Shown here: positions 29,504-37,758 of the stretch, piece after piece
How positions within the stretch are numbered: the stretch's first letter is position 1
Layout of the letters: each line of letters begins with the position of its first letter
Assembly (NCBI GenBank): GCA_038885755.1
Contig: JAVZZH010000001.1
Coordinates: 288,001 to 352,000 of the forward strand
Direction: 5' to 3'
Length of the DNA: 64,000 nt
DNA from: Candidatus Caldarchaeum sp.
GTDB taxonomy: Archaea; Thermoproteota; Nitrososphaeria_A; Caldarchaeales; Caldarchaeaceae
The notes under the pieces: model-generated
What the model saw: the letters and a program-made list of their open reading frames with translations, nothing else
Told to the model about the DNA's origin: nothing
The model's database searches: none
Program-made: the position numbers and the translations under genes

Positions 29504-30105
29504 CGCAGCCCGTCCTCTCCCCGGACCTCCTCTTTCCTCAAGCCGCCGATTCTAGGCAACGGTCTTCCAGAGTCCGACAACGCGGCTATGACCACTATCT
29601 CATCAGGTAGCGGGGCGTCCGGAACTCTTACCTCCATGCTGTCGTAATGTGAGCGGACAAAGGCGGCTCTTTTGTAGTGTAGCGGTACGTCGATAGCCGT
29701 CCCGGGATAGCCTATTTTAACCGATGAGGGGATTATTGCCTTGCACACGTCCGCACCGCCGCATTCCTCTCGGAAACCCTTTCCAAACTTGGGATGGAGA
29801 ATCGCGTGTCCGTGCTCAAGCTCGCCCATCATGCCGATGATCGCTGCCTTGCCATAGTTCTCGGTCGAGTCAGGAGTTATGGCTAACGCTTCACGGGCTT
29901 TCTTCGCAAGGTAGCCTCCCAGAAATTCTCCAGCCTCAATTAACATAGATAGATCTTCGACATATCTGCCGGCAAAAGGGTTCTTTATGACGGCTGCCGC
30001 GGCACTTCTTCTGACTGGTTTGCCTAGCTCGTTTCCCATCTCCACAAATGTTTCGTCGGTCGCTACGACAACTTTCCGTAGAATAACTCCGCCAGCTATT
30101 TTCAT
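29500..30105 (-). CDS. AA_synth (DUF1185) family protein
   Basis: AAVIKNPFAGR, YGKAAI.G..GELEH, VPL.YK.....RSHYD, DAPLPDEIV, GRP.PR. Confidence 0.88.
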   Translation of the reverse strand: MKIAGGVILRKVVVATDETFVEMGNELGKPVRRSAAAAVIKNPFAGRYVEDLSMLIEAGEFLGGYLAKKAREALAITPDSTENYGKAAIIGMMGELEHGHAILHPKFGKGFREECGGADVCKAIIPSSVKIGYPGTAIDVPLHYKRAAFVRSHYDSMEVRVPDAPLPDEIVVIAALSDSGRPLPRIGGLRKEEVRGEDGLR

Positions 30106-30106
30106 T

Positions 30107-31549
30107 TCACCACCACCTCGTAGTTATTATCTTATGATCTGTGAAAAACCTTATCGTGTCGACCCTGCTGTGAGCGTTTCCAAAGAAAGACTGCTTCCTC
30201 CCGCCCAGCGGGAAGTATGCCATTGGTTGGGGAACACCTATGTTCACGCCTACATTGCCGACGTTGACGTTTAAACAGAATTCTCTTGCAGCCCGCGGGT
30301 CTGATGTGAAGATTGAGGCAGCGTTGCCGAAAGGCGTGTTGTTGTTTATGAGGTCGATGGCTTCGCCGAGGCTGTCTACTCTGAGAATGGTCGCAACGGG
30401 GCCAAAGATTTCTTCTTTCGCTAGGGGCGAGTCGGGTGGAAGGTCTTTGAAGATTGTTGGGCCGACGAAGTATCCTTGAAGACCTTTGAGCTGGCTATGG
30501 AGCCGGCCGTCCAGCATAGGTTTCGCATACTGTTCACCTATTTCTATGTATCTCCTGACCCTCTCCACTCCCTGGCGTGAAGCCATCGGACCCATCTCCG
30601 TCTCCTTGTCCATGCCGTATCCCAGCCTCAGGTTTGACTTGGATAAAACCATGTCCACAACCCTCTCAGCTCCTTTCAAAACAACTAGGTTGGAACCGGC
30701 TAGACATCTCTGGCCCGTCATTCCAAAGAACGAGGAAACAGCCGCATCAGCGGTTTTAGACAATTCGGCGTCAGGCGCCACCACAATATGGTTTTTCGCT
30801 CCGGCGTTAATTGATGCTCTCTTACCCTCCTTAGCCACCATCTCGTAGAGCAGTTTACCAGTCTTGGTCGAGCCTATGAAGCCCACCCCCTGGATTCCGT
30901 TATGCTTGACCAGTTTCTCGGCCACGCGTCCGTCTCCATGGACTATGGACATGACTCCAGGCGGAACGCCTGCTTCTCTGACTATGCGGGCAACCTCGTC
31001 ATAAACAAGGGGTGTGACCTCGCTTGGCTTAAGAACGACAGTGCATCCAAGAGCGATAGCGTAGGGAACGTAAGAGGACCATGCGTGGAGCGGGATGTTG
31101 AAGGGAGTTATTACAGCAAAACATCCCAACGGCTCCCGGATCAGTTCCTGGTCTATGTCTGGTGAGATGTTGACCATTTTCTCGCCTTTTGCAAGCGTAT
31201 AAGCAAGCGCGGCAGCCGATTCTACGTTTTCAATGCTTCTCTTAACCTCTCCCACTCCCTCGGCGTAGGTCCTTCCATGGTTCTCGACCAAAACGCGTGC
31301 AAGCAGGTCTGTGTCGCGTTCCAGCAGGCTTCTCAATCGCATGAGATAACCTACCCTTTCCGACGGAGTCGTCTTCCTGTATTTTTCAAATGCTCTGAGA
31401 CCAGACTCGACAGCTCTGTCAACGTCTTCTGAAGTACTCGCCGGCACGTATGCGATTACTGAGTCGAAGGCAGGATTATACACTGGAATCGTCTCGACAG
31501 ACTTTGATGGGACGAATTCGTTGTCGACGAAGTTCTGCAGAATCTTCAT
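30107..31549 (-). CDS. CoA-acylating (methyl)malonate-semialdehyde dehydrogenase family aldehyde dehydrogenase
   Basis: TPFN, KPSE, FIGST, GAKNH, GQRCLA, EEIFGPV, VGVNIGVP.P.AYFP.GG. Confidence 0.88.
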   Translation of the reverse strand: MKILQNFVDNEFVPSKSVETIPVYNPAFDSVIAYVPASTSEDVDRAVESGLRAFEKYRKTTPSERVGYLMRLRSLLERDTDLLARVLVENHGRTYAEGVGEVKRSIENVESAAALAYTLAKGEKMVNISPDIDQELIREPLGCFAVITPFNIPLHAWSSYVPYAIALGCTVVLKPSEVTPLVYDEVARIVREAGVPPGVMSIVHGDGRVAEKLVKHNGIQGVGFIGSTKTGKLLYEMVAKEGKRASINAGAKNHIVVAPDAELSKTADAAVSSFFGMTGQRCLAGSNLVVLKGAERVVDMVLSKSNLRLGYGMDKETEMGPMASRQGVERVRRYIEIGEQYAKPMLDGRLHSQLKGLQGYFVGPTIFKDLPPDSPLAKEEIFGPVATILRVDSLGEAIDLINNNTPFGNAASIFTSDPRAAREFCLNVNVGNVGVNIGVPQPMAYFPLGGRKQSFFGNAHSRVDTIRFFTDHKIITTRWW

Positions 31550-31722
31550 GCCTTTATGCTCAGATGGGAGTTTTTAAATCTGATGCTTCTAGGACGTCTT
31601 TGCAATGAAAGGGGCCTTAGCCGTTGAAAGAAGCACTAGCCTAGTGTAGCCATTAATTTGTGGGATGAGTTTCAAGGGAATCCATCTCTTAAATCAGCGG
31701 AGACACACGCTAGAGTAAAATG

Positions 31723-31807
31723 TGCGGGGGGTGGGATTTGAACCCACGAACCCCTTCGGGACAGGGTCCTAAGCCCTGCGCCGTTGACCAGGCTTGGCAA
31801 CCCCCGC
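31723..31807 (-). tRNA. tRNA-Leu(TAG)
   Basis: Minus strand: acceptor GCGGGGG/CCCCCGC, anticodon arm CAGGG-CT-TAG-GA-CCCTG, long variable arm, T-loop TTCAAAT. Confidence 0.96.
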
Positions 31808-31880
31808 TCAGACGCATCTTCGTCTTCGCGCTATTTTGGGTTTTTTACTCATTTTTTTATTGAAGGCTGGTTGTGATGGG

Positions 31881-32366
31881 TTGTTGAGGAGGAGGGCTCT
31901 GCCTTCGCAGGAAGTTGAGAAGGTTGTCGAAGGGCTTAGTGGCTTTCTGGACCCGGTGCAGCTGAAGAAGCTTGTCAAGCGGGGGGTTGAGAGGGTTGAA
32001 TCCGGGAAGGTTTCTTTGATTGTTCTATGGCCTTACGTCTTCGTGGAGAAGGAGGCTTGGCTGGTGCCTGTCCTAGTCAAGGCGAACGCCGAGATCGTCG
32101 ACAGGCTGCCGTCTGTATGGGTTGACAGGGGAGCTGTTCCCAGAATAGCTTCGGGCGCAGACGTCATGAGGCCCGGAATCACGAGGATGGATGAGTTCAA
32201 GCAAGGCGAGCTGGTTGTTGTGAGGGACGACACGCATTCACAGCCTCTTGCTGTCGGCAGTGCATTGATAAACTCATCCGAAGCCGCTGAGGCGTCGAGG
32301 GGAAGAGTGGTTAAAAACATCCACCACGTCGACGACGCCGCTTGGAAGCTGGTAAACATAGTTTGA
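31881..32366 (+). CDS. PUA-domain RNA-binding protein (MCT-1/Tma20-like)
   Basis: VDRGA...IASGADVMRPGI, LAVG, GRVVKNIHHV.D; start moved downstream of tRNA-Leu. Confidence 0.88.
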   Translation: MLRRRALPSQEVEKVVEGLSGFLDPVQLKKLVKRGVERVESGKVSLIVLWPYVFVEKEAWLVPVLVKANAEIVDRLPSVWVDRGAVPRIASGADVMRPGITRMDEFKQGELVVVRDDTHSQPLAVGSALINSSEAAEASRGRVVKNIHHVDDAAWKLVNIV

Positions 32367-32410
32367 AGTCAGGAAATACATAAATAAAGTCCGCGGCGAT
32401 GAGAGGCTGA

Positions 32411-33496
32411 GTGGGTTTCTTGGTTGACAGGGACAAGGTGCTGAACTCGCTCCGGACAGTCCTCGACCCCGACCTCAAGATGGACGTTGTCTCTCTGGGC
32501 ATGATAAAGGACTTGACCATCGACGGCTCGAAAGTTAGTTTCACGCTGGAGCTCACTACGCCCGCATGCCCCTTCAACAAAGAGATTGAAGAAAGCGTTA
32601 GGCGAGCTGTTCAAGAGGTTCCGGGTGTCGGCGAGGTGGACATGAAAGTCACGGCTCGTGTATGGTCTGCTAGGCCTTCGGCCGCCGGCTTCAACGAGCT
32701 TTCCAAGGTTAAGAACGTGGTAGCGGTCGCGAGCGGCAAAGGCGGGGTGGGAAAGACAACGGTCTCCATAAACCTGGCCTGCAGCCTTGCCCTTGCCGGC
32801 GCAAAGGTGGGTCTGGTCGACGCAGACATCTACGGCCCGATGATGCCTAAGATCGTCAAAGTGGTCCAGCCTCCGAAGCTTCTGGGAAAGAACATGGTGG
32901 ACCCCGCTAGGATCATGCTGGGGATCAAGGTGATGTCCCTAGGGCTGTTCGTCGACGAAAACACGGCGGTCATCTGGAGAGGGCCCTTGGTGGCAAGCGC
33001 CGTCAAACAACTCCTCACAGAAGCTGCGTGGGGCGAGCTGGACTACCTTGTCGTCGACCTTCCCCCGGGAACAGGAGACGCCTCCCTCACCCTAGCTCAG
33101 ACCATCCCGTTGACGGGCGTCGTGGTTGTGTCTACTCCTCAAGCAGCCGCGGCCGTGATAGCGGCGAAAGCTTTGAGAATGTTCAGGAGGCTCGGCATCC
33201 CCGTCATAGGCGTGGTCGAGAACATGAGCCACTTCGTCTGCCCTTCATGCGGCACAGCCTCCAAGCTTTTCGGTGAGAGCGTTACCGACGTCATGGCTGA
33301 GGAGCTGGAAATACCCGTCCTCGGCCGAATCCCCCTAGTTCCAGACGTCTCCGTCAACTACGACAAAGGACTACCCATAGTTTTGGCTGACCCTTCATCC
33401 CCCGCCGCCAAAGCCTTCAAAGAGTTGGCTGGGACAGTGGCCTCAAAAATAAGCGTCCTAGCCCACCGGAGCGGGGCCAAAGCTGAGGAAGTTTGA
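32411..33496 (+). CDS. mrp: Mrp/ApbC/NBP35 Fe-S carrier ATPase with N-terminal DUF59 domain
   Basis: DP.L..DVVSLG, LTTPACP, SGKGGVGKTT, DADIYGP, WRGP, DLPPGTGD, ENMS..CPSC. Confidence 0.95.
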   Translation: MGFLVDRDKVLNSLRTVLDPDLKMDVVSLGMIKDLTIDGSKVSFTLELTTPACPFNKEIEESVRRAVQEVPGVGEVDMKVTARVWSARPSAAGFNELSKVKNVVAVASGKGGVGKTTVSINLACSLALAGAKVGLVDADIYGPMMPKIVKVVQPPKLLGKNMVDPARIMLGIKVMSLGLFVDENTAVIWRGPLVASAVKQLLTEAAWGELDYLVVDLPPGTGDASLTLAQTIPLTGVVVVSTPQAAAAVIAAKALRMFRRLGIPVIGVVENMSHFVCPSCGTASKLFGESVTDVMAEELEIPVLGRIPLVPDVSVNYDKGLPIVLADPSSPAAKAFKELAGTVASKISVLAHRSGAKAEEV

Positions 33497-33672
33497 ATAA
33501 GAAAATCGTTCAAGTCTGTCCAGCCTGCAAAGGCACAAGCATAGACCTACATCTTGGAGGATATCTCGGGAAAGTTTACAAGTGCGGCTCCTGCGGATAC
33601 GTCGGCTCCCTAATCATCGAGATGGAGGCTGACGAGTACGCGGCCATGATGAAGGAGGAGAAATGTCAGTAG
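33493..33672 (+). CDS. 59-aa Zn-ribbon microprotein (absent from ORF track)
   Basis: TTG start in TTGA overlap with mrp stop; MNKKIVQVCPACKG...YKCGSCGYVG...CQ*. Confidence 0.8.
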   Translation: MNKKIVQVCPACKGTSIDLHLGGYLGKVYKCGSCGYVGSLIIEMEADEYAAMMKEEKCQ

Positions 33673-34829
33673 GCTCCCGTCAGGCTTTCGAAGAATTCTC
33701 TGCCGTACGGATACTTGGACGCCAGCTCTTTCCTCACGAGGAACTGCCTCTCGATCACCTTCAGGGCCGATCTCGCCGCCAAGTCAGCCCTCCAAGCCTC
33801 GCCGACGCCGACGAACTGATACCTGTCTGAATTCAGCCTCGCCCGGCAGTGGATTAGCTTGAGGTCTCCGTGCTTCTCCTTGTGCTCCTTAAAGTAGAGG
33901 CTTAGGACTCCGTGGCCGAGTGTTTTCCGAAACCTCTGCACGAATTTCTCGGCTACTTCGAGCACGCTCTCCTTGACGTCCATGTCTACTCTTTCCAGCT
34001 TGTAGCTCACCTCTATCGAGACAGTCCTCCCCTCACCCTCCTGCCTAGCCACCAACGGCTCCAAAGCATCCATCAACGTGAATATACCCACAACCCTGTT
34101 CATCTCAGTCGCCACAAGGCATGACAAGCCGTGGGTCTTCATCCGCTCCACAGCAGAGAGTATTTTCTCCCTCGGATGAGTTGTTATCACGTTCCGTGTC
34201 ATGATGCTCCTGACTGGGTTGCTCAACGTCCTAACTCTTTCGCCGACGAAGTCCCCCCAAGACGCCTTCATCCGGGGTTTTATCACTTTCTCAGCTATGT
34301 CAGATACGGTCACGATGCCGACCAGCCTGCCGCCTTCAACGACAGGCAGACGCGAAACACCCTCATCCCGCATGAGCGAGATGGCCTTGCCTATCGTGTC
34401 GTTCGAGCCGATTGTAATGACGTCCTTGGTCATTACCTGCCCTACCTCAACCTTGCCGAGAGAGTTCTGCGAGTTGAGTATGACGTCAGTTGCCGCAACA
34501 AGCCCAACAGGCCTGCCTCCAGAAGTCACGGGAATGCCTTTGAGGTTCTTCTCAAGCATCTGAGAAGCCACCTTCTCGAGGCTGTCTGAAGGTAGTATCC
34601 TCGGAGTTTTGACAGCCAGCGTCTTGGCTAGAACCGTGGACGGGTTGAGGTTCGGCTTCAGGATGGACCTCTTCGTCACTATTCCCAGCAGCTTGTTGTC
34701 AAGCTGCTCCTGCACCACGACCACGTCGGCTCTTCTCTCCATGAAAAACCCGATTACCTTGGTCAGCGGGTCGTTTTCATAGACCGACGGAAACTCGGTC
34801 ATCATAACGTCAGAAGCCTTCATCTGCAT
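33666..34829 (-). CDS. Four-CBS-domain protein with C-terminal HPF/RaiA-like domain (putative ribosome hibernation factor)
   Basis: Four CBS repeats (DVMM, LVGIVT.SD, SIMTRNV) plus a ~100-aa tail with a beta-alpha-beta-beta-beta-alpha pattern ending A..SAL..IERQF. Confidence 0.8.
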   Translation of the reverse strand: MQMKASDVMMTEFPSVYENDPLTKVIGFFMERRADVVVVQEQLDNKLLGIVTKRSILKPNLNPSTVLAKTLAVKTPRILPSDSLEKVASQMLEKNLKGIPVTSGGRPVGLVAATDVILNSQNSLGKVEVGQVMTKDVITIGSNDTIGKAISLMRDEGVSRLPVVEGGRLVGIVTVSDIAEKVIKPRMKASWGDFVGERVRTLSNPVRSIMTRNVITTHPREKILSAVERMKTHGLSCLVATEMNRVVGIFTLMDALEPLVARQEGEGRTVSIEVSYKLERVDMDVKESVLEVAEKFVQRFRKTLGHGVLSLYFKEHKEKHGDLKLIHCRARLNSDRYQFVGVGEAWRADLAARSALKVIERQFLVRKELASKYPYGREFFESLTGAY

Positions 34830-34937
34830 CCTAGCATCAACAGATACTCTATTTAAGCGTCGAGTTTTAAGGTTGAAAAAGGCTCTATGTAGGTAATCAA
34901 CACCTATTAAAAACCAATAATTCTCATACCGGCTGGA

Positions 34938-35576
34938 ATGAGGCTTACAACCATAACTTCAGGCGCCTCGATGGCCGCGCTCGCCCTCGTCCTAGCAGTG
35001 CTCCCGTTAAGCTTCCCGTTCCCGCCGGTTCCATACTTAAGGTTCGACCCAGCGGAGATACCTGTCTTCACCGCCTTGCTCGGGTTCGGCCCAGCATCAG
35101 GGTTCTTGGCTGCTGTGATATACTACATCGCTCTGCTCGCTGTCGGCGAGTTCACTCCAGTAGGCCCAACGCTGAAGTTTCTGGCCGTGTTTTCGTCGCT
35201 GATGGGTTTCTGGGCTGGCTCGAGGCTGACGTCGGGGGGGAGCTTCAGAACCATGGTTGGAGGAGGAGCGGTTGTGGGAACCGTCGTGAGAGTGATGACC
35301 CTCACCGCCGCCAACTACGTCGTTCTCGTGATGATGTTCCCCGAATTCCTGAACTTCGCAACGATGACGCTCTCCGCCTTCCTAGGCATAAGCCTCGCGG
35401 CAGACCTACAAAGCCTCTTCCTAGTCCTGTTCTTCACAGCGGTCTACAACATCATCCATATGGTTTTCAGCCTACTCCCCTCCATCATAATCCTCAACTC
35501 CATCCACCGAGCCAAAGCCTTAGAACACGTCTGGACCCCCTGGGTCATTAAAACATCAAAACCCAAAACAAGATGA
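34938..35576 (+). CDS. ECF transporter S component (RibU/PanT-like)
   Basis: AALA.VL, P.PPVPYLRFDPAEIP, GP..G, N-Y motif; about 6 TMs. Confidence 0.82.
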   Translation: MRLTTITSGASMAALALVLAVLPLSFPFPPVPYLRFDPAEIPVFTALLGFGPASGFLAAVIYYIALLAVGEFTPVGPTLKFLAVFSSLMGFWAGSRLTSGGSFRTMVGGGAVVGTVVRVMTLTAANYVVLVMMFPEFLNFATMTLSAFLGISLAADLQSLFLVLFFTAVYNIIHMVFSLLPSIIILNSIHRAKALEHVWTPWVIKTSKPKTR

Positions 35577-35651
35577 AGCCCTGGGAGGGCTTTGAACCCT
35601 CGACCTGCCGCTTACAAGGCGGCCGCTCTAACCGGGCTGAGCTACCAGGGC
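35577..35651 (-). tRNA. tRNA-Thr(TGT)
   Basis: Minus strand: acceptor GCCCTGG/CCAGGGC, anticodon arm GCCGC-CT-TGT-AA-GCGGC, variable loop AGGTC. Confidence 0.96.
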
Positions 35652-35682
35652 TTTCGGTGTAGATTTGGTTACGGTCTGTTTT

Positions 35683-35946
35683 TTAGTTTATGTATCCTGT
35701 CTGCTTGAGGAACTCGAGGAGTTTTTCGACGCTGGGGTTTTCTCTGTTAAGCGAGTATTTGACGGGTTTGTAGGGGTGTTTGTATGCCCAGCCGTGCTTG
35801 GTGAGGAGCTTTAGGGCTCTTTCCAAGGTTCTATGGTTTACACCGCATATCTTGAGTAGAGTGTATTTGGTGGATGGAGTCTCTGCCTCGGCGAGTGCTT
35901 TGACGACTCTTATGTGGAGATAAGTCTGGAACAACTCCTCAACCAC
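35683..35946 (-). CDS. Small winged-helix DNA-binding protein
   Basis: 87 aa; TKYTL.K..G.NHRTLERALK.L...GW HTH followed by a wing (KYSLN). Confidence 0.78.
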   Translation of the reverse strand: MVEELFQTYLHIRVVKALAEAETPSTKYTLLKICGVNHRTLERALKLLTKHGWAYKHPYKPVKYSLNRENPSVEKLLEFLKQTGYIN

Positions 35947-35956
35947 GTGCTCCGGC

Positions 35957-37096
35957 CTAGCCGTGTCTCCTCACCAACTCCTTCTCGAGAAACTCGGCCA
36001 AGCGACGGGCGTCCACTCCGGCCAGCCCAACCCGGCTACCGCCCCTCAACTCCACCAAACCCTTGACGCTCAGACTCTTCAAACACGCCTGCAAATCTCT
36101 GACGTAGACACCGAACATCTCCCTCACAGCTCCGTAAGCCTTCCCAACGTCCTCAACACCCGCGTAGACACGGCGCGTGCTGGTCAGGCTCTTAGCGACT
36201 GACAGCAGAACAGCCTTCTCCTCAGAGCTCAGCGACTCCAAGTCCTCAGACCGTAGACCAAACCCAAGCTCAGCCACCACGTACCTGATTTCGTCTATCT
36301 CTATTCTGCTGCTTCCACGGGATTCAGCCAGATTGCCTGCAAACAGCAGCAGGTCGAGGGCGTACCTGACGTCGCCGAGAAGCGGCGGGCTGGTGGCCAA
36401 GTCGGCCACGTAATCCAAAACCTCGTCGGAGACAGCTCCTTTCCTGAACGCTTCCGCGACCCTGTCCTCCAGTATGTCCCTCATCTGGAGCTTGGTGTAG
36501 GGCTCGAGCCTGACTACGCTGGCGCCCAACGAGCTAGCCTCAGGCCTCTCCAGCAACCTCTCGAACGAAGGGTCTCGAGCTATGAAGACGACTCCGGCAA
36601 CGTTAAGCGGCCTGACCGACGTAGCTTCATGAAGCCTTGTAAAGTCGTACAAAACCGTCTCCCTCCCCCTGTTCTGCACGACATGGTAGTCAGCTTCGTC
36701 GAAGGTTATCAGCAGCTTCCTAGTAGACTTGCGTAGAAAAGTCAACAGGTTGTCGAGCAGCTCCTCGGCTGAAAGCGACTGGCTGAACAATTCCTCGGCA
36801 ACAGCCTTCACTAAGTATCTGTAGACTCCTACGCGGCCCCCTGAGAATCTCCTGAGGTTAACGTAGACGTGGACGAGCTGTCTGTAGGCGGACTCAAGCT
36901 CAGCTCCAACCTTGAGGCATAGCGTTGTCTTCCCGGCACCCACGCCGCCCACAACCTTAACTCTGGCGACGCCCGCCTGCGACTCCACAGCAGGCCTCAG
37001 GATCGTCAGCAGAAGGTTTCTCTCGGTCTCGCGGTGGAGAAGCCTCTTGGGAAGGTAGGCCGGCGAGAGCTTCTCTCTGTCTAGGAACACTGACAT
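35957..37096 (-). CDS. cdc6: Cdc6/Orc1 family AAA+ ATPase
   Basis: VF.DRE.LSP.Y.P..L.HRE, Walker A GGVGAGKT, Walker B FDEAD, PYT..Q..DIL..R, GDVRYALDLL. Confidence 0.9.
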   Translation of the reverse strand: MSVFLDREKLSPAYLPKRLLHRETERNLLLTILRPAVESQAGVARVKVVGGVGAGKTTLCLKVGAELESAYRQLVHVYVNLRRFSGGRVGVYRYLVKAVAEELFSQSLSAEELLDNLLTFLRKSTRKLLITFDEADYHVVQNRGRETVLYDFTRLHEATSVRPLNVAGVVFIARDPSFERLLERPEASSLGASVVRLEPYTKLQMRDILEDRVAEAFRKGAVSDEVLDYVADLATSPPLLGDVRYALDLLLFAGNLAESRGSSRIEIDEIRYVVAELGFGLRSEDLESLSSEEKAVLLSVAKSLTSTRRVYAGVEDVGKAYGAVREMFGVYVRDLQACLKSLSVKGLVELRGGSRVGLAGVDARRLAEFLEKELVRRHG

Positions 37097-37130
37097 CCGG
37101 TTGAAAAAGCAGTGGGGAGGCTTTATTGTT

Positions 37131-37397
37131 TTACCTCAGCCCGGCCAGCTTGAGCGCTTGGTCTCTGGGGATGGCTGTGAGGGTTTCTGTGGACAGGTAG
37201 TCGGCGAACTGGAGGATGAACTTCATGTATGTCTCGGCGTCGGGCGCCTCGGCTATGAGCACGCCGTCGTAGGCTCCGAAAGTCCAGAGCATCTCACGAA
37301 CCTTGACCGATGGGTTATCCTTTATTATCCTGTCCGTCCTGTCGACATCCTCCCTGCCCAGCTTTTTCCTGAACTTTATCAAAGAAACGAAGTGCAT
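37131..37397 (-). CDS. GYD-domain protein
   Basis: WTFGAYD.V.I.EAPD, TETL.A. Confidence 0.85.
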   Translation of the reverse strand: MHFVSLIKFRKKLGREDVDRTDRIIKDNPSVKVREMLWTFGAYDGVLIAEAPDAETYMKFILQFADYLSTETLTAIPRDQALKLAGLR

Positions 37398-37471
37398 GGA
37401 ATTAGGGCTGTTTGCCGGTAAATATGTGTTTTGCCGAAAACCTTGATACCGGGCCTAGCAGTCGACTTGAC

Positions 37472-37738
37472 ATGCCCTACATACCCGCGCAGGAGAGGGA
37501 GGAGCTGGACGTCGAGATAGACGCCCTAGCCCGGAAGCTGCTGAAGACGCCGCCTGAAAAAATGGACGGGAAGCTCAACTACGTCATCACGAGGCTTCTG
37601 GCCCAGCTTTACCAGCCCGGCTACTACAACTACAACAGGGCGTTGGGCGTGTTGACGGCGGTGGCTCAAGAGTTCTACAGGAGGCGTGTGGCGCCCTACG
37701 AGGACGCGAAGATTAGGGAGAACGGCGACGTCTACTAA
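37472..37738 (+). CDS. Conserved small helical hypothetical protein (DUF6899-like)
   Basis: MPYI...R, GKLNY.IT.L, E.YRR.VAPYED.KI.ENGDV. Confidence 0.75.
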   Translation: MPYIPAQEREELDVEIDALARKLLKTPPEKMDGKLNYVITRLLAQLYQPGYYNYNRALGVLTAVAQEFYRRRVAPYEDAKIRENGDVY

Positions 37739-37758
37739 CATTTAAATCCGCAGCGGAG

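Larger units (their letters stand above)
20014..31722. mobile_element. Putative tRNA-Leu-associated catabolic genomic island (no integrase or att repeat seen)
   Basis: Visibly more AT-rich with more A/T-ending codons than the flanks; abuts the 3' end of tRNA-Leu; follows a truncated S10 operon; carries only catabolic and transport genes. Confidence 0.5.

Noticed and set aside
35650-37470. Replication origin next to cdc6
   Set aside because: The intergenic gaps are short and show no ORB-like repeats or G-strings
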